Positions 1 to 8,896 of a stretch of 64,000 bases of DNA are shown here, in pieces. The stretch is from NCBI GenBank assembly GCA_964446935.1, contig CAYUQI010000006.1, positions 218 through 64,217 of the forward strand, read 5' to 3'. The stretch comes from an uncultured Pseudomonadota bacterium. GTDB taxonomy: Bacteria > Babelota > Babeliae > Babelales > RVW-14. A model generated the notes under the pieces. It had not been told where the DNA came from. It saw nothing but the letters and a program-made list of their open reading frames with translations, and did no database searches. Each line of letters begins with the position of its first letter. Within the stretch, counting starts at the first letter, position 1. Made by a program: the position numbers and the translations under genes.

Positions 1-1
1 T

Positions 2-238
2 GAGTGGTTTACCAATCATGAAGAAGGTTCTAATCCGAATGATAGCCATAGACGATGTCCAAATTGTCGAAAACGTATCAATAAATTTATACAAATGGCG
101 ATGGAACATGATACTCGTTACGCTCGAATCATTCATGAGAAGCAGCAGGCGAGAAAAGCTGAAGCGGCACAGGAAAATGAAGAATTTGGAATAGATCTAG
201 AAGATGATGTTTTGATACCAGATCCTCTGGATGAATAA
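2..238 (+). CDS. 3' end of a CDS cut by the window edge; C-terminal half of a RING-type zinc finger (eukaryote-like E3 ubiquitin ligase candidate)
   Basis: Frame is open from nt 2 to TAA at 236-238. It is absent from the ORF track because there is no start in the window. Translation is ...EWFTNHEEGSNPNDSHRRCPNCRKRINKF...; W-x(n)-C-P-x-C-R is the typical last Cys pair of RING fingers. An acidic tail follows. Confidence 0.45.
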   Translation, partial: EWFTNHEEGSNPNDSHRRCPNCRKRINKFIQMAMEHDTRYARIIHEKQQARKAEAAQENEEFGIDLEDDVLIPDPLDE

Positions 239-346
239 GTATCTGTTTCCTCTGTCATTTCCAAAATTTTTTTGCGATAATTCTTCCAATGTTCTATAAA
301 ATCCCCCCCCAACAAATCTTTTCAAAAAACGAAAGGACCCTTTGCC

Positions 347-1147
347 ATGAATTCAAAAAAAGTTTTATCATGTGCTTTAATCTGCGCATCTATAAATATC
401 TTAAACATCCTTGCTATGGAAACTAAGCAACTTATAGATGTTAAGCAAAATCCACAACCCAGCCTTCCTTTAAATACCGAAACAGACCATTTTAAACTAT
501 ATTGTATGTTCAATGATAAAGAGGCGGCTAAAAAAGTATTGGACGTTGCTGAACAAAATCTCAAAAAGCTTTCTGAAGATTTTAAGCATCCCTACAGCAC
601 GAAAATAAATCTTTATGTGTTCCCATCATTGCAAGAGCATCATAATGCTATTGGATGGTCGTCAGCAGAAGATTGGCTTGTTAATGCGATGTTTGATGAG
701 ACGCATTCATTTTTTACCGTTTCTCCTGCCAACCCAGGACCGCAGCATTCTGCCGAGAGTATTCTTAAATTGAATATTGTTGGACTTACAGAATTATTTA
801 TTAAAGATGCCTACAAGAACGTTCCAACTTGGTTTGGTTTTGGAATTGGTCTTTTGAATGCTGATTGGAAGAGTACAAAAACGCTTAAAGAATTAGCACA
901 AGATCATACAAAAATCCCTACGTTTGAGCAATTAAACAGTTCCTCCCAAACATCTGATGCACAAATGATTCGCCAGAACGCTTCGTATTCAGTTATTGAA
1001 TACCTTAATAAAACAAAGGGCTGGGATATTATCCGAGCATTGCTTGCGGATTTTTCTTCATTTGAAAAAATACTTGGGGTTTCGCAAGAGGTATTTAGAA
1101 ATCAATGGATTGAATATTTAGATTCTACGTATTTAGATAAAAAATAA
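347..1147 (+). CDS. hypothetical secreted protein
   Basis: 266-aa ORF with an N-terminal hydrophobic signal-like segment (VLSCALICASINILNILA). AAAGGA lies upstream of the ATG and a strong hairpin terminator follows. I can name no reliable family motif. Confidence 0.6.
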   Translation: MNSKKVLSCALICASINILNILAMETKQLIDVKQNPQPSLPLNTETDHFKLYCMFNDKEAAKKVLDVAEQNLKKLSEDFKHPYSTKINLYVFPSLQEHHNAIGWSSAEDWLVNAMFDETHSFFTVSPANPGPQHSAESILKLNIVGLTELFIKDAYKNVPTWFGFGIGLLNADWKSTKTLKELAQDHTKIPTFEQLNSSSQTSDAQMIRQNASYSVIEYLNKTKGWDIIRALLADFSSFEKILGVSQEVFRNQWIEYLDSTYLDKK

Positions 1148-1162
1148 ATAGACTTAGATCCA

Positions 1163-1208
1163 AAAACAAGAGGCCGGCGACTTTTTAAAATCGCCGGCCT
1201 CTTGTTTT
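1163..1208. terminator. bidirectional intrinsic terminator between convergent genes
   Basis: Perfect 18-bp inverted repeat AAAACAAGAGGCCGGCGA / TCGCCGGCCTCTTGTTTT with a 10-nt loop. It is flanked by A-runs on the left and T-runs on the right. Confidence 0.85.
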
Positions 1209-1216
1209 GTTTTAAT

Positions 1217-2011
1217 TTACGACTCCGCTTCTAATTGGGTCAATCCCGTACGGCGCTTCCAGGCAAGAGCATATACGGTAAGAGCAATTCCCAAGCCAAT
1301 ATAAATAATGTTCAAAGCATTAGCCAGAATAAGCGGACCAGCTTGAATTGTTCCTGTTCTGACGAATACTTCAATTGCCTGAAAAATATGGAGTAAAGGA
1401 ATGCCTTGTGCGAATGTTTGTACAATCTGCGGCATAAATGAAATAGGATAAAAAACCCCGCTGATTGGAACAAAGAACCATGCCATGGCGTAGATGTTGA
1501 CGGTTGCACGTTTGCCATATAACACCAAGGTAATCAGTGCTATGAGTCCAATCCACCATCCTGCAATGAGCAGTGAGAAGATAAAAATGAAAACTCCATA
1601 TCCATGAGTAAAAATGTTATAACCAAAGAAAAGTTTGACATAAAAAAAGCTCAATCCTGTGCTCCAGAGCGATTGAAGAGCCCCGAAGAGCATTTGAGAT
1701 GCCAACCATTCGGAGATGGTGATTGGTGATGCTAAAAGGCTCACAAAACAAGAATCAGTCAGGTCCCTTCCCATAGTTGCCGAAAGGCCAACAATACATC
1801 GTACAACGGTATACCACAGTGCTACCTTCGTTAGCAAAACCTGTGTGTTGATTGAAAACCCTTCTTCTGGCCTCATGGCTTGGGTTAAAAAACCGAAAAC
1901 GAGAATATCAATAAAGATCCAATAGAGTTGGTTAAAAATCTCAAATGGTCGCTTGAGAATTAATAAGTGGCGAATAACAACAGCGAACATTCGTTTGAAT
2001 GAAAATTTCAT
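1217..2011 (-). CDS. ABC-2 type exporter permease
   Basis: 264-aa polytopic membrane protein lying 2 nt downstream of the ABC ATPase gene. The size and six-TM pattern fit the ABC-2 family. Confidence 0.6.
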   Translation of the reverse strand: MKFSFKRMFAVVIRHLLILKRPFEIFNQLYWIFIDILVFGFLTQAMRPEEGFSINTQVLLTKVALWYTVVRCIVGLSATMGRDLTDSCFVSLLASPITISEWLASQMLFGALQSLWSTGLSFFYVKLFFGYNIFTHGYGVFIFIFSLLIAGWWIGLIALITLVLYGKRATVNIYAMAWFFVPISGVFYPISFMPQIVQTFAQGIPLLHIFQAIEVFVRTGTIQAGPLILANALNIIYIGLGIALTVYALAWKRRTGLTQLEAES

Positions 2012-2013
2012 GA

Positions 2014-2976
2014 TTATTTCCTTGAAACAATAGAAAGAAAGTAATCTTCAAGTGTTGGTTTTTCAACAGTTATTTGTGTGTATACAATCCCTTGGCGTGC
2101 AAGTTCTGACAGAAATGCTGCAATGTTCTGTTCAGCAATTTTTAATTCAATATGACGGCCCTCAACCTTGAACTCGATATTATTTTCCTGTGCATAGGCG
2201 ATGGTTCGCTTAAGTCCATCACCAACCATCAATTGTATACGTGAAACAGAAATCGTTGTTGTTAAGGATTCAGGGGTGTCATCAGCAATGATTGAACCAT
2301 TTTGGAGTACCAAGATACGGTCGCACATATCGGCGACTTCCGCCATGTTGTGTGAAGTAAAGAGGATCGAAACCCCATATTTTTTGTTTTGATCAATGAT
2401 GATATCGCGAATTCGGTTGGCGCTTTGGGGGTCAAGTGTGGCTGTTGGTTCATCTAATAATACAATTTTTGGGTACACCAAGCATGTTTGGGCTAATAAC
2501 ACGGCGGTGGTTTGTCCTGCAGAAAGCGTTGATACGTTCTTGTTGGCAAGATGTTCAATCTGATACAGCTTTAAAAAGGTATCTATCCTTTTGTGTAGGT
2601 CTTTGCTTGATATGTTGTAGAGCCTGCCTTGCATCATAAAACTTTGGCGTACAGTGAGTGAGCTGGGGAGCTTCATGTAACCACTTGCATAAGCAATATC
2701 TTGCATTACTGAACGATGTCGATGGAGATTTTTTCCAAAGTAGGAAATCGTTCCGCTTGTTGGCGTAAGTAAGTTGAGCAACATTTGAATGGTGGTGGTT
2801 TTGCCAGCGCCATTGGGGCCCAAAAAGCCAAGGATTTCTCCTTGCTTGAGTTCGAACGATATGTTATTAACAGCGGTAAATGATGGTTCGCGTTTCCACC
2901 ATGCCAACGTTGATGAATGAAAGACCTTGCTGAGGTGGCTTACGATAAGTGGTTGTGTGTTCATATAATTACCCAT
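2014..2976 (-). CDS. ABC transporter ATP-binding protein
   Basis: Walker A GPNGAGKTT, signature LSAGQ, Walker B VLLDEPT, and an H-loop region TSHNM. Confidence 0.9.
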   Translation of the reverse strand: MGNYMNTQPLIVSHLSKVFHSSTLAWWKREPSFTAVNNISFELKQGEILGFLGPNGAGKTTTIQMLLNLLTPTSGTISYFGKNLHRHRSVMQDIAYASGYMKLPSSLTVRQSFMMQGRLYNISSKDLHKRIDTFLKLYQIEHLANKNVSTLSAGQTTAVLLAQTCLVYPKIVLLDEPTATLDPQSANRIRDIIIDQNKKYGVSILFTSHNMAEVADMCDRILVLQNGSIIADDTPESLTTTISVSRIQLMVGDGLKRTIAYAQENNIEFKVEGRHIELKIAEQNIAAFLSELARQGIVYTQITVEKPTLEDYFLSIVSRK

Positions 2977-3391
2977 CTATTTCTTCTTGGGTTTGATCAT
3001 TTATTTCTATTTCGATTTGTTCTATTTCTTTGCAAAGATTTTGTTTGAGTGGGCCCTCAGGTTGCTGTTGAAAAAAGTTTATAATGAGATTGAAAGATTG
3101 TTCGATCTCAAGTAAGTTGTGAGCCCATTTTTGTGCTGCTTCGTTCATGATAGTTTGTATTGATTCCTGAAAACATTTTATTCGTACATCAAAAGCATCC
3201 TTGGTGGAATCAAACGTCTGCTTTTTGACTTTTTCTAATGATTCGTCAAGCATTTTATTTGTTAAGTCAATCAAGTTAATGCGAATAATTAAATTTTTAT
3301 GGTTTTCTGATGATTTCATGCCTAATGCTATTGTTGTTGACAACGTAATACATACGATAAAAAAGGTAAATTTATTAATCTTCTTGGGCAT
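2969..3391 (-). CDS. hypothetical small secreted/coiled-coil protein
   Basis: 140-aa ORF with a signal-like N-terminus (FTFFIVCITLSTTIALG). Its stop overlaps the ABC ATPase start by 8 nt, which suggests one operon. Confidence 0.5.
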   Translation of the reverse strand: MPKKINKFTFFIVCITLSTTIALGMKSSENHKNLIIRINLIDLTNKMLDESLEKVKKQTFDSTKDAFDVRIKCFQESIQTIMNEAAQKWAHNLLEIEQSFNLIINFFQQQPEGPLKQNLCKEIEQIEIEINDQTQEEIDG

Positions 3392-3487
3392 CTCACTCTC
3401 CCCAACTGTTTATTTTATGATCAATAACCGTTTGTCATCACAGGGATTTTAGAATAAAGAATGTTTTTTTAGCAATACATTCTATGG

Positions 3488-4291
3488 TTATCGTGATACA
3501 AGTGTTATCCCAAGGCTCTTCGCCTTGGTTATAAACTCATCTTTTTGAGCGATGAGGGTGCTTGATGATTGCCAGACAATTGCTTTGACATCACCGGATC
3601 CAAATGCTGCCAGCGATCCAGGACCGAGTGTTGGCAAGTCGAATGTTCGATTTTGATCAAACCGTGCTGCCTTGCAAATGACAACCCCGCCATGACCAAG
3701 TTGGATGCCGCGCTTAATGCAAGCATCTGTGCCTTCAATGGCTTCGACGGCGACAATCATCCCATCCTTTACCACCACCGTTTGCCCAATATTGGCATGA
3801 GCAATGGCAATGGCCGCCTCAAGCCCCATGGTGCTATCACGTTCAATTTCTGATGTAACAGTGCCGGTTAGAATTCCAGGAGGTACTAATAACCCTCCAA
3901 GGACTGCGTCTTGTTTGATAACCGTGATGTTATTTCGTGCAAGCTCTGCAAGTAATGCCTCCATAACGTCTTTGTCACTTTTATAGATAAGCGACCCCAT
4001 CAACTTGATTGCAAGGAGGTCGAATTTGAGGTGCTTGAGTAAATTTGATTTATCAACTTTGCCAATAAAAAGAACTTTAGAGGTTCCTTTGCTTTTAAGT
4101 AGCTCAAGAATAGTCCCTGCCTTGTAGCATTCTTGGGCAATAAGTTCTGCATGATTTTTTATGATGCTTTGTAAGTGAACAGCATTATCTTCTGGAAATA
4201 GCGTAATAACAAAAAATTTTTCATTGGCGGCAATGAGATTTTTACAGGCTTCTGTTGGAAGGGTTCCTGTGCCAGCAATGACAGCGATCAT
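3488..4291 (-). CDS. lpxI: UDP-2,3-diacylglucosamine pyrophosphatase LpxI (DUF1009 family)
   Basis: N-terminal MIAVIAGTGTLP and C-terminal FDLPTLGP motifs are typical of LpxI. The gene overlaps the upstream lipid A cluster gene by 4 nt. Confidence 0.65.
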   Translation of the reverse strand: MIAVIAGTGTLPTEACKNLIAANEKFFVITLFPEDNAVHLQSIIKNHAELIAQECYKAGTILELLKSKGTSKVLFIGKVDKSNLLKHLKFDLLAIKLMGSLIYKSDKDVMEALLAELARNNITVIKQDAVLGGLLVPPGILTGTVTSEIERDSTMGLEAAIAIAHANIGQTVVVKDGMIVAVEAIEGTDACIKRGIQLGHGGVVICKAARFDQNRTFDLPTLGPGSLAAFGSGDVKAIVWQSSSTLIAQKDEFITKAKSLGITLVSR

Positions 4292-5232
4292 CTAACTCCA
4301 AGCATTTGTTCGATTTGAAAGGTGAGATTAAGTGCGGAAAGGTCTTGCTGAGGATTGCTGAGTTTTTCACCTGTTTTGATTGCAGTAATAAAATGTTCAA
4401 TTTCTAGCTTGAGCGGATTGTCTTTATACACAAAAACACGTTCAATGAGTGATTCTTGCTTATATTTAAGTTGATCGGCACCGACCTGGACACTTGAACT
4501 CATTTGACGATGAATAGAAAGATCCTGTGTTGTAAAATCAAGATGAAGATATTCATTTTTTTGATGCACAGCCATAGTACGTTTTTTGATTTGTGATGCA
4601 CGACTTGAAACAATGTTTGCAACTGTCCCATTATCAAATGTTATGCTTACCGCAGCAACGTCACAGGAATCTGAATATACTTTAGTGCCTTGTGCGGAAA
4701 ATGATGCAACTGGAGCATTAACGATCCCCAATACCAAATCTAAATCATGAATCATAAGATCAAGAACAACGCTATCTTTTTGCACACGAGGAGAAAATGG
4801 TCCCATGCGGTGACATTCGATGAGCGTTGGTTGGTTGATAATTTTTTTCAATTCTTGGATTGCTCCATTGAAACGTTCGACGTGTCCAACGTGCAAGGCG
4901 CAGTTATTTTGTTGTGCAAGTGCAACAAGTTCTTCCGCTTGTGTTAAATCATTGGTAAGTGGTTTTTCTAAGAGCACGTGCTTGCCACGTCTCAAGCATT
5001 CCTTGGCAACCTCATAGTGAGCTATGGTTGGTACGGCAACAATAACCCCATCAACCAAATCAATCCATTCAAGAAAATTTGCAGATTTAATAACTGTGGC
5101 GGCTTTGACTTTATTCCAGTTTGATTCAGTAGGATCGGCGATTGCTGTTAACTGTGCGCCTTGAATGAGTGCTGTATTTGATGCGTGATAGCCCCCCATG
5201 TGGCCTAATCCTATAACGCCTAATTTTACCAT
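4288..5232 (-). CDS. Gfo/Idh/MocA-family NAD(P)-dependent oxidoreductase (possible UDP-GlcNAc 3-dehydrogenase, GnnA-like)
   Basis: N-terminal Rossmann motif VIGLGHMGGYH and the EKP motif (LLEKPL). It sits between lpxA and lpxI with overlapping start and stop codons. Confidence 0.7.
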   Translation of the reverse strand: MVKLGVIGLGHMGGYHASNTALIQGAQLTAIADPTESNWNKVKAATVIKSANFLEWIDLVDGVIVAVPTIAHYEVAKECLRRGKHVLLEKPLTNDLTQAEELVALAQQNNCALHVGHVERFNGAIQELKKIINQPTLIECHRMGPFSPRVQKDSVVLDLMIHDLDLVLGIVNAPVASFSAQGTKVYSDSCDVAAVSITFDNGTVANIVSSRASQIKKRTMAVHQKNEYLHLDFTTQDLSIHRQMSSSVQVGADQLKYKQESLIERVFVYKDNPLKLEIEHFITAIKTGEKLSNPQQDLSALNLTFQIEQMLGVR

Positions 5233-6071
5233 GGTTGATCTTCTTGCTTTTGAGGTTGAACATCTAATCCAGATTTATGTGAGATTCCGCGGGTGCTTTG
5301 TTGTATAAAGGTAATGAATGATTGAACGTAGGCATCAGAGCCCCATGCTTCTTGTGTTGCTTGGGCGACGATTGTTGTAATGTTCTGCTTATCTTGGAAA
5401 AAAAGCTTGCTAACATGCTTGAGTGCATTGATGCTGTCGCGTGAAAAACCGGCTCGTTTGAGACCAATAAGATTGAGGCCATAAAAGTGCGCAGGTTGCC
5501 CACTGAATAAACAAAATGGTGGAAGATCTTGTCGAATACCACTGTAAGGTGCCAATGCCGTGAATTGTCCAATGCGGCAGAATTGGTGGGTGGCGCTACC
5601 GGCCATAACAATGACATTTTTTTCAAGATGTGTATGACCACCAAGATTGACATTGTTAATGAGGGTAACATTGTCTTCAAGCGTTGCATCGTGAGACACA
5701 TGGGCAAAGTTCATGAGGTAGCAGTTATTGCCGATAGATGTTTTGCCATCGTTGTACCGTGAAGCATGGACCGTGACAAATTCACGTAATTCACAATTGT
5801 TGCCAATATGGATAGAACCAAGGCTTTCTTTTAAGTTTGTAACCTGTCCTGGAAACCCTACCATAACATGTGAATGGAGACGTGTGTTATCTCCAATGGT
5901 AACATTACCTGTCACAACACAAAATGGGCCTATTTTTACATTGGAACCAAGACGAACATTATCACCAATGATAGCGGTGGGGTGAATAAATGTTTGATCT
6001 GAATGAAAGAAAGCTTCCTCGAAGGAGGAAGCTTTCTGCTGCGTACTTTTTTTAATCGTTGAGACATTCAC
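5226..6071 (-). CDS. lpxA: acyl-ACP--UDP-N-acetylglucosamine O-acyltransferase LpxA
   Basis: Left-handed beta-helix hexapeptide repeats (IHPTAIIGDNVRLGSNVKIGPFCVVTGNVTIGDNTRLHSHV) followed by an LpxA-like C-terminal helical domain. Confidence 0.8.
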   Translation of the reverse strand: MNVSTIKKSTQQKASSFEEAFFHSDQTFIHPTAIIGDNVRLGSNVKIGPFCVVTGNVTIGDNTRLHSHVMVGFPGQVTNLKESLGSIHIGNNCELREFVTVHASRYNDGKTSIGNNCYLMNFAHVSHDATLEDNVTLINNVNLGGHTHLEKNVIVMAGSATHQFCRIGQFTALAPYSGIRQDLPPFCLFSGQPAHFYGLNLIGLKRAGFSRDSINALKHVSKLFFQDKQNITTIVAQATQEAWGSDAYVQSFITFIQQSTRGISHKSGLDVQPQKQEDQPW

Positions 6072-6090
6072 GATGCGTCCTTCATTTGAA

Positions 6091-6165
6091 TGGTTGGGGC
6101 GGAAGGATTCGAACCTCCGAATGGCGGAACCAAAATCCGCTGCCTTACCACTTGGCTACGCCCCA
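6091..6165 (-). tRNA. tRNA-Gln (anticodon UUG), CCA encoded
   Basis: Reverse complement is TGGGGCGTAGCCAAGTGGTAAGGCAGCGGATTTTGGTTCCGCCATTCGGAGGTTCGAATCCTTCCGCCCCAACCA. It has a 7-bp acceptor stem, anticodon stem GCGGA/TCCGC with loop TT-TTG-GT, and T-loop GGTTCGAATCC. Confidence 0.9.
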
Positions 6166-6201
6166 AAAAAAAATGACATGGACACAAGTATAATGGTTTA
6201 T

Positions 6202-6468
6202 TTATTCTTCGCCAACGACTTTTTTGTATTCTTCAATAATACGATCTTCAATAAGCTTTCTTGTATCTGCATTAAGCGGATGGACAATATCTTTGAAAGA
6301 GCCATCTTTTTTACGACGGGAAGGCATGGAAACAAAATACCCATTGTCACTTTTGATGATTTTCATGTCACGGACAATGAAGCATTCGTCAAAAACCATA
6401 GTTGCATAACCCTTAAGGCGGCCTTCATTGGCGGGAAAAACTTTTACTTCTGTAATATTCATGAGCAT
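6202..6468 (-). CDS. spoVG: SpoVG family protein
   Basis: MNITEVKVFPANEGRLKGYATMVFDECFIVRDMKIIKSDNGYFVSMPSRR is a classic SpoVG N-terminal domain. The ORF-track start at 6519 is probably too far upstream; likely starts are 6468 or 6462. Confidence 0.85.
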   Translation of the reverse strand: MLMNITEVKVFPANEGRLKGYATMVFDECFIVRDMKIIKSDNGYFVSMPSRRKKDGSFKDIVHPLNADTRKLIEDRIIEEYKKVVGEE

Positions 6469-6561
6469 ATCCCCGGTTCGACAGGTAGCGAGCGACGTGT
6501 CGTATACTGTGCTGCGCACCGTTTTGTGATACTTCTAAAAACTTATGACAAATATAGCTTA

Positions 6562-6590
6562 AATCTAGGATTAAGCACCTACTTTGTCAA
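6562..6590 (-). promoter_or_regulatory. sigma70-type promoter candidate for spoVG
   Basis: The minus strand reads TTGACA-17 nt-TAGATT, about 85-95 nt upstream of the spoVG start. Confidence 0.4.
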
Positions 6591-6676
6591 CCTTTTGTAA
6601 AATTTTAGGGCTGTTTTTATCTCATTTAGTGTATAAAAAGCTACGATTTGTTGCTTTTTATGATTTTTTTTAATGT

Positions 6677-7576
6677 TTATTTTTTCTCAACAGCTCTGAG
6701 TTTGGCTGAGCGGGCAGAAGGATTAATGGCGACTTCTTCTGCGCTTGCAGTAATCGGTTTTGGGGTTAAATTTGTCAATTCATTCTCGTGTTCTTTGGCA
6801 AAGGTTTTGACAAGGCGGTCTTCAAGTGAATGGAAGCTGATGCATACCAGTCTGCCCCCAGGATTGATAAATCGAATTGCCGAACTTAAGAAGGATTGAA
6901 TGTTATCAAGTTCATTGTTAACCGCAATACGAAGCGCTTGGAAGATACGTGTTGCTGGGTGTATTCCATGTTGGGCTTTAAATGGCTTGAGTGGGATTAC
7001 GTATTCAACCAATGCTACCAAATCACCGGTGGTTTTAAAGGGGTGCCGCTTACGCGATTCTACAATTGCTCGTGCAAGGGTGCGTGATTTTGGCTCTTGC
7101 CCATATTCTTGAAAAATATGTACGATTTTTTGTTCTGGCCATTCATTGAGGATTGTTGCTGCTGTTAGATGTTGATGGGCCGGTGACATGCGCATGTCAA
7201 GAGGAGTATCGTATTGAAATGAAAATCCCGCACGTTGGAAAATCTGAAATTGTGAGGTGCCAAAGTCTGCTAATATGCCATCAACGGTATTTATTTTTTC
7301 TTTTTTTAAAATCTTATAAAGAAGTGCAAAATTACCCCAGATGACCTGCAATCGATCGCCAAATGCTTCTTGAAGCGGTGGTGCATTGTGTTCAATGGCT
7401 TGCATGTCCCAATCCAGTGCAATGACCGAGCACGTTGGTTCTGCTTCAAGGATTGCACGGGTGTGTCCGCCGCCACCAAAGGTTACATCAAGATAACGTT
7501 TATGAGGTTGTGGCGCTAAGTAATGAAGAACCTCGTTGACGAGTACTGGTTTGTGGTAGGTGTTGGTTGTTGCCAT
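6677..7576 (-). CDS. rsmH: 16S rRNA (cytosine1402-N4)-methyltransferase RsmH/MraW
   Basis: HKPVLVNEVL...DVTFGGGGHT...SFHSLEDRLVK motifs. Confidence 0.9.
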   Translation of the reverse strand: MATTNTYHKPVLVNEVLHYLAPQPHKRYLDVTFGGGGHTRAILEAEPTCSVIALDWDMQAIEHNAPPLQEAFGDRLQVIWGNFALLYKILKKEKINTVDGILADFGTSQFQIFQRAGFSFQYDTPLDMRMSPAHQHLTAATILNEWPEQKIVHIFQEYGQEPKSRTLARAIVESRKRHPFKTTGDLVALVEYVIPLKPFKAQHGIHPATRIFQALRIAVNNELDNIQSFLSSAIRFINPGGRLVCISFHSLEDRLVKTFAKEHENELTNLTPKPITASAEEVAINPSARSAKLRAVEKK

Positions 7577-7582
7577 GATTTG

Positions 7583-8800
7583 CTACTTTTTCTCTGCCAT
7601 GCGATGTTTAACTCCCTTGCTTTCATGCGTATAGATCTTAGTAAAATCAATGTCACTTGCTTCTTTTGGTACAAAATCTAAGAAGTCTTGCATGATACCA
7701 TATTTTTCAACATCAACAATGATCTTGGTATTTTTGAGCCTAAAAAGCTCACCCAGATTGAGTTTGTATCGAGTGTCTAATGTCTCGTAGGTACAATTAA
7801 TTGCCAAATCTTCTTCGTCTTCATCAAACACTGCTAAATATCCTCGTACATATTCGCGGTCACGCTTGGTAACAATAGGATCAATATCAACGATCCCTAT
7901 TTCACCTGGTTCTAATCTGATAAGTGGAGTTTTATCATATCGCCACACGGTCATGTCGTCTTTGCTTTCAGTTGCGGCTACCCAATCACCCTTAGCCTTT
8001 TTTTGATAGACAAAGCAGGTAACGATGATTGGCTTTCCTGTTGTATTCTCTACTGCAAAATCAAGTTCATAAGGAGCTTCAGCTTCGACTTCTTTTTTGG
8101 GAACAAAATCATATTCAAAGAATTCACCCTTGAACCCATAATGTTCAATTTCAAGGGTTACTTTTTTCCCTTTTAATTTTATGAGTTGGTCAAGATCAAG
8201 AAGATTTCGATCGTCGGAGAGTTCATATGTAGCATCTTCTGCTGATTTTTTATCTTTAAATATTCCTAAGTAACCAAAAACGTAATTGCGATCTTGTTCA
8301 TCGGGAATGGTATCAACGTCCATTGTGACGGTTTGATTATCTTCAATTATGTAAACAGGTGATTTGTCCCAACGCCAGTTGCCAAAGTAGCGTTTGCGTT
8401 GGTATGCAAAACAGGTTACGTACACTGTTTGTCCCGTTTTGTTTTCGACATCGAAATCGAGTTCTTTGGGATTATCTGAATCATAGGTTTCTGTTTTAAC
8501 ATGCCGTTTAGTTATTTTATAGGTGGGAGCTGTTGTATTTTCATCTTCTTGCTCTTTTTGGGTAGATGATGTTTCAAGTTCTGATGGTGGTTGTGATGTT
8601 GGCATGGTTGGCAAAACTGTTTCTTGTGCTTGGGTTTGGATAGGTTCTTCAGGAGAAGGCAACGACGGTATGAAACTTGTTTCTTGTTGCTGAGAATGTT
8701 TTGGCGTGACGGAATGTTGTTTGCATTGAGGAAATAAAAACAATAACAGTATTCCAAGAGCGTAGATTATTGGCATATGATGTGACATTTTTGACTTCAT
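7583..8800 (-). CDS. hypothetical secreted protein with two tandem copies of an unknown ~130-aa domain
   Basis: Signal-like N-terminus and a P/Q/T/E-rich linker. Two homologous modules follow (ELDFDVENKTGQTVYVTCFAYQRK... and ELDFAVENTTGKPIIVTCFVYQKK...), each ending in ...DFVPKK/E. Confidence 0.6.
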   Translation of the reverse strand: MKSKMSHHMPIIYALGILLLFLFPQCKQHSVTPKHSQQQETSFIPSLPSPEEPIQTQAQETVLPTMPTSQPPSELETSSTQKEQEDENTTAPTYKITKRHVKTETYDSDNPKELDFDVENKTGQTVYVTCFAYQRKRYFGNWRWDKSPVYIIEDNQTVTMDVDTIPDEQDRNYVFGYLGIFKDKKSAEDATYELSDDRNLLDLDQLIKLKGKKVTLEIEHYGFKGEFFEYDFVPKKEVEAEAPYELDFAVENTTGKPIIVTCFVYQKKAKGDWVAATESKDDMTVWRYDKTPLIRLEPGEIGIVDIDPIVTKRDREYVRGYLAVFDEDEEDLAINCTYETLDTRYKLNLGELFRLKNTKIIVDVEKYGIMQDFLDFVPKEASDIDFTKIYTHESKGVKHRMAEKK

Positions 8801-8896
8801 AACACGGACTCCCGAACAAATCTTTTAGTAAGTGAGCTACATTACCTCATCCTAGCAAGAGAATCATAGAGAAAAAAGAATTTTGGCAATATGGGG

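Noticed and set aside
6073-6600. 175-aa plus-strand ORF in the ORF track
   Set aside because: It runs straight through the tRNA-Gln gene and is antisense to spoVG. It is an artefact of an open frame opposite real genes.
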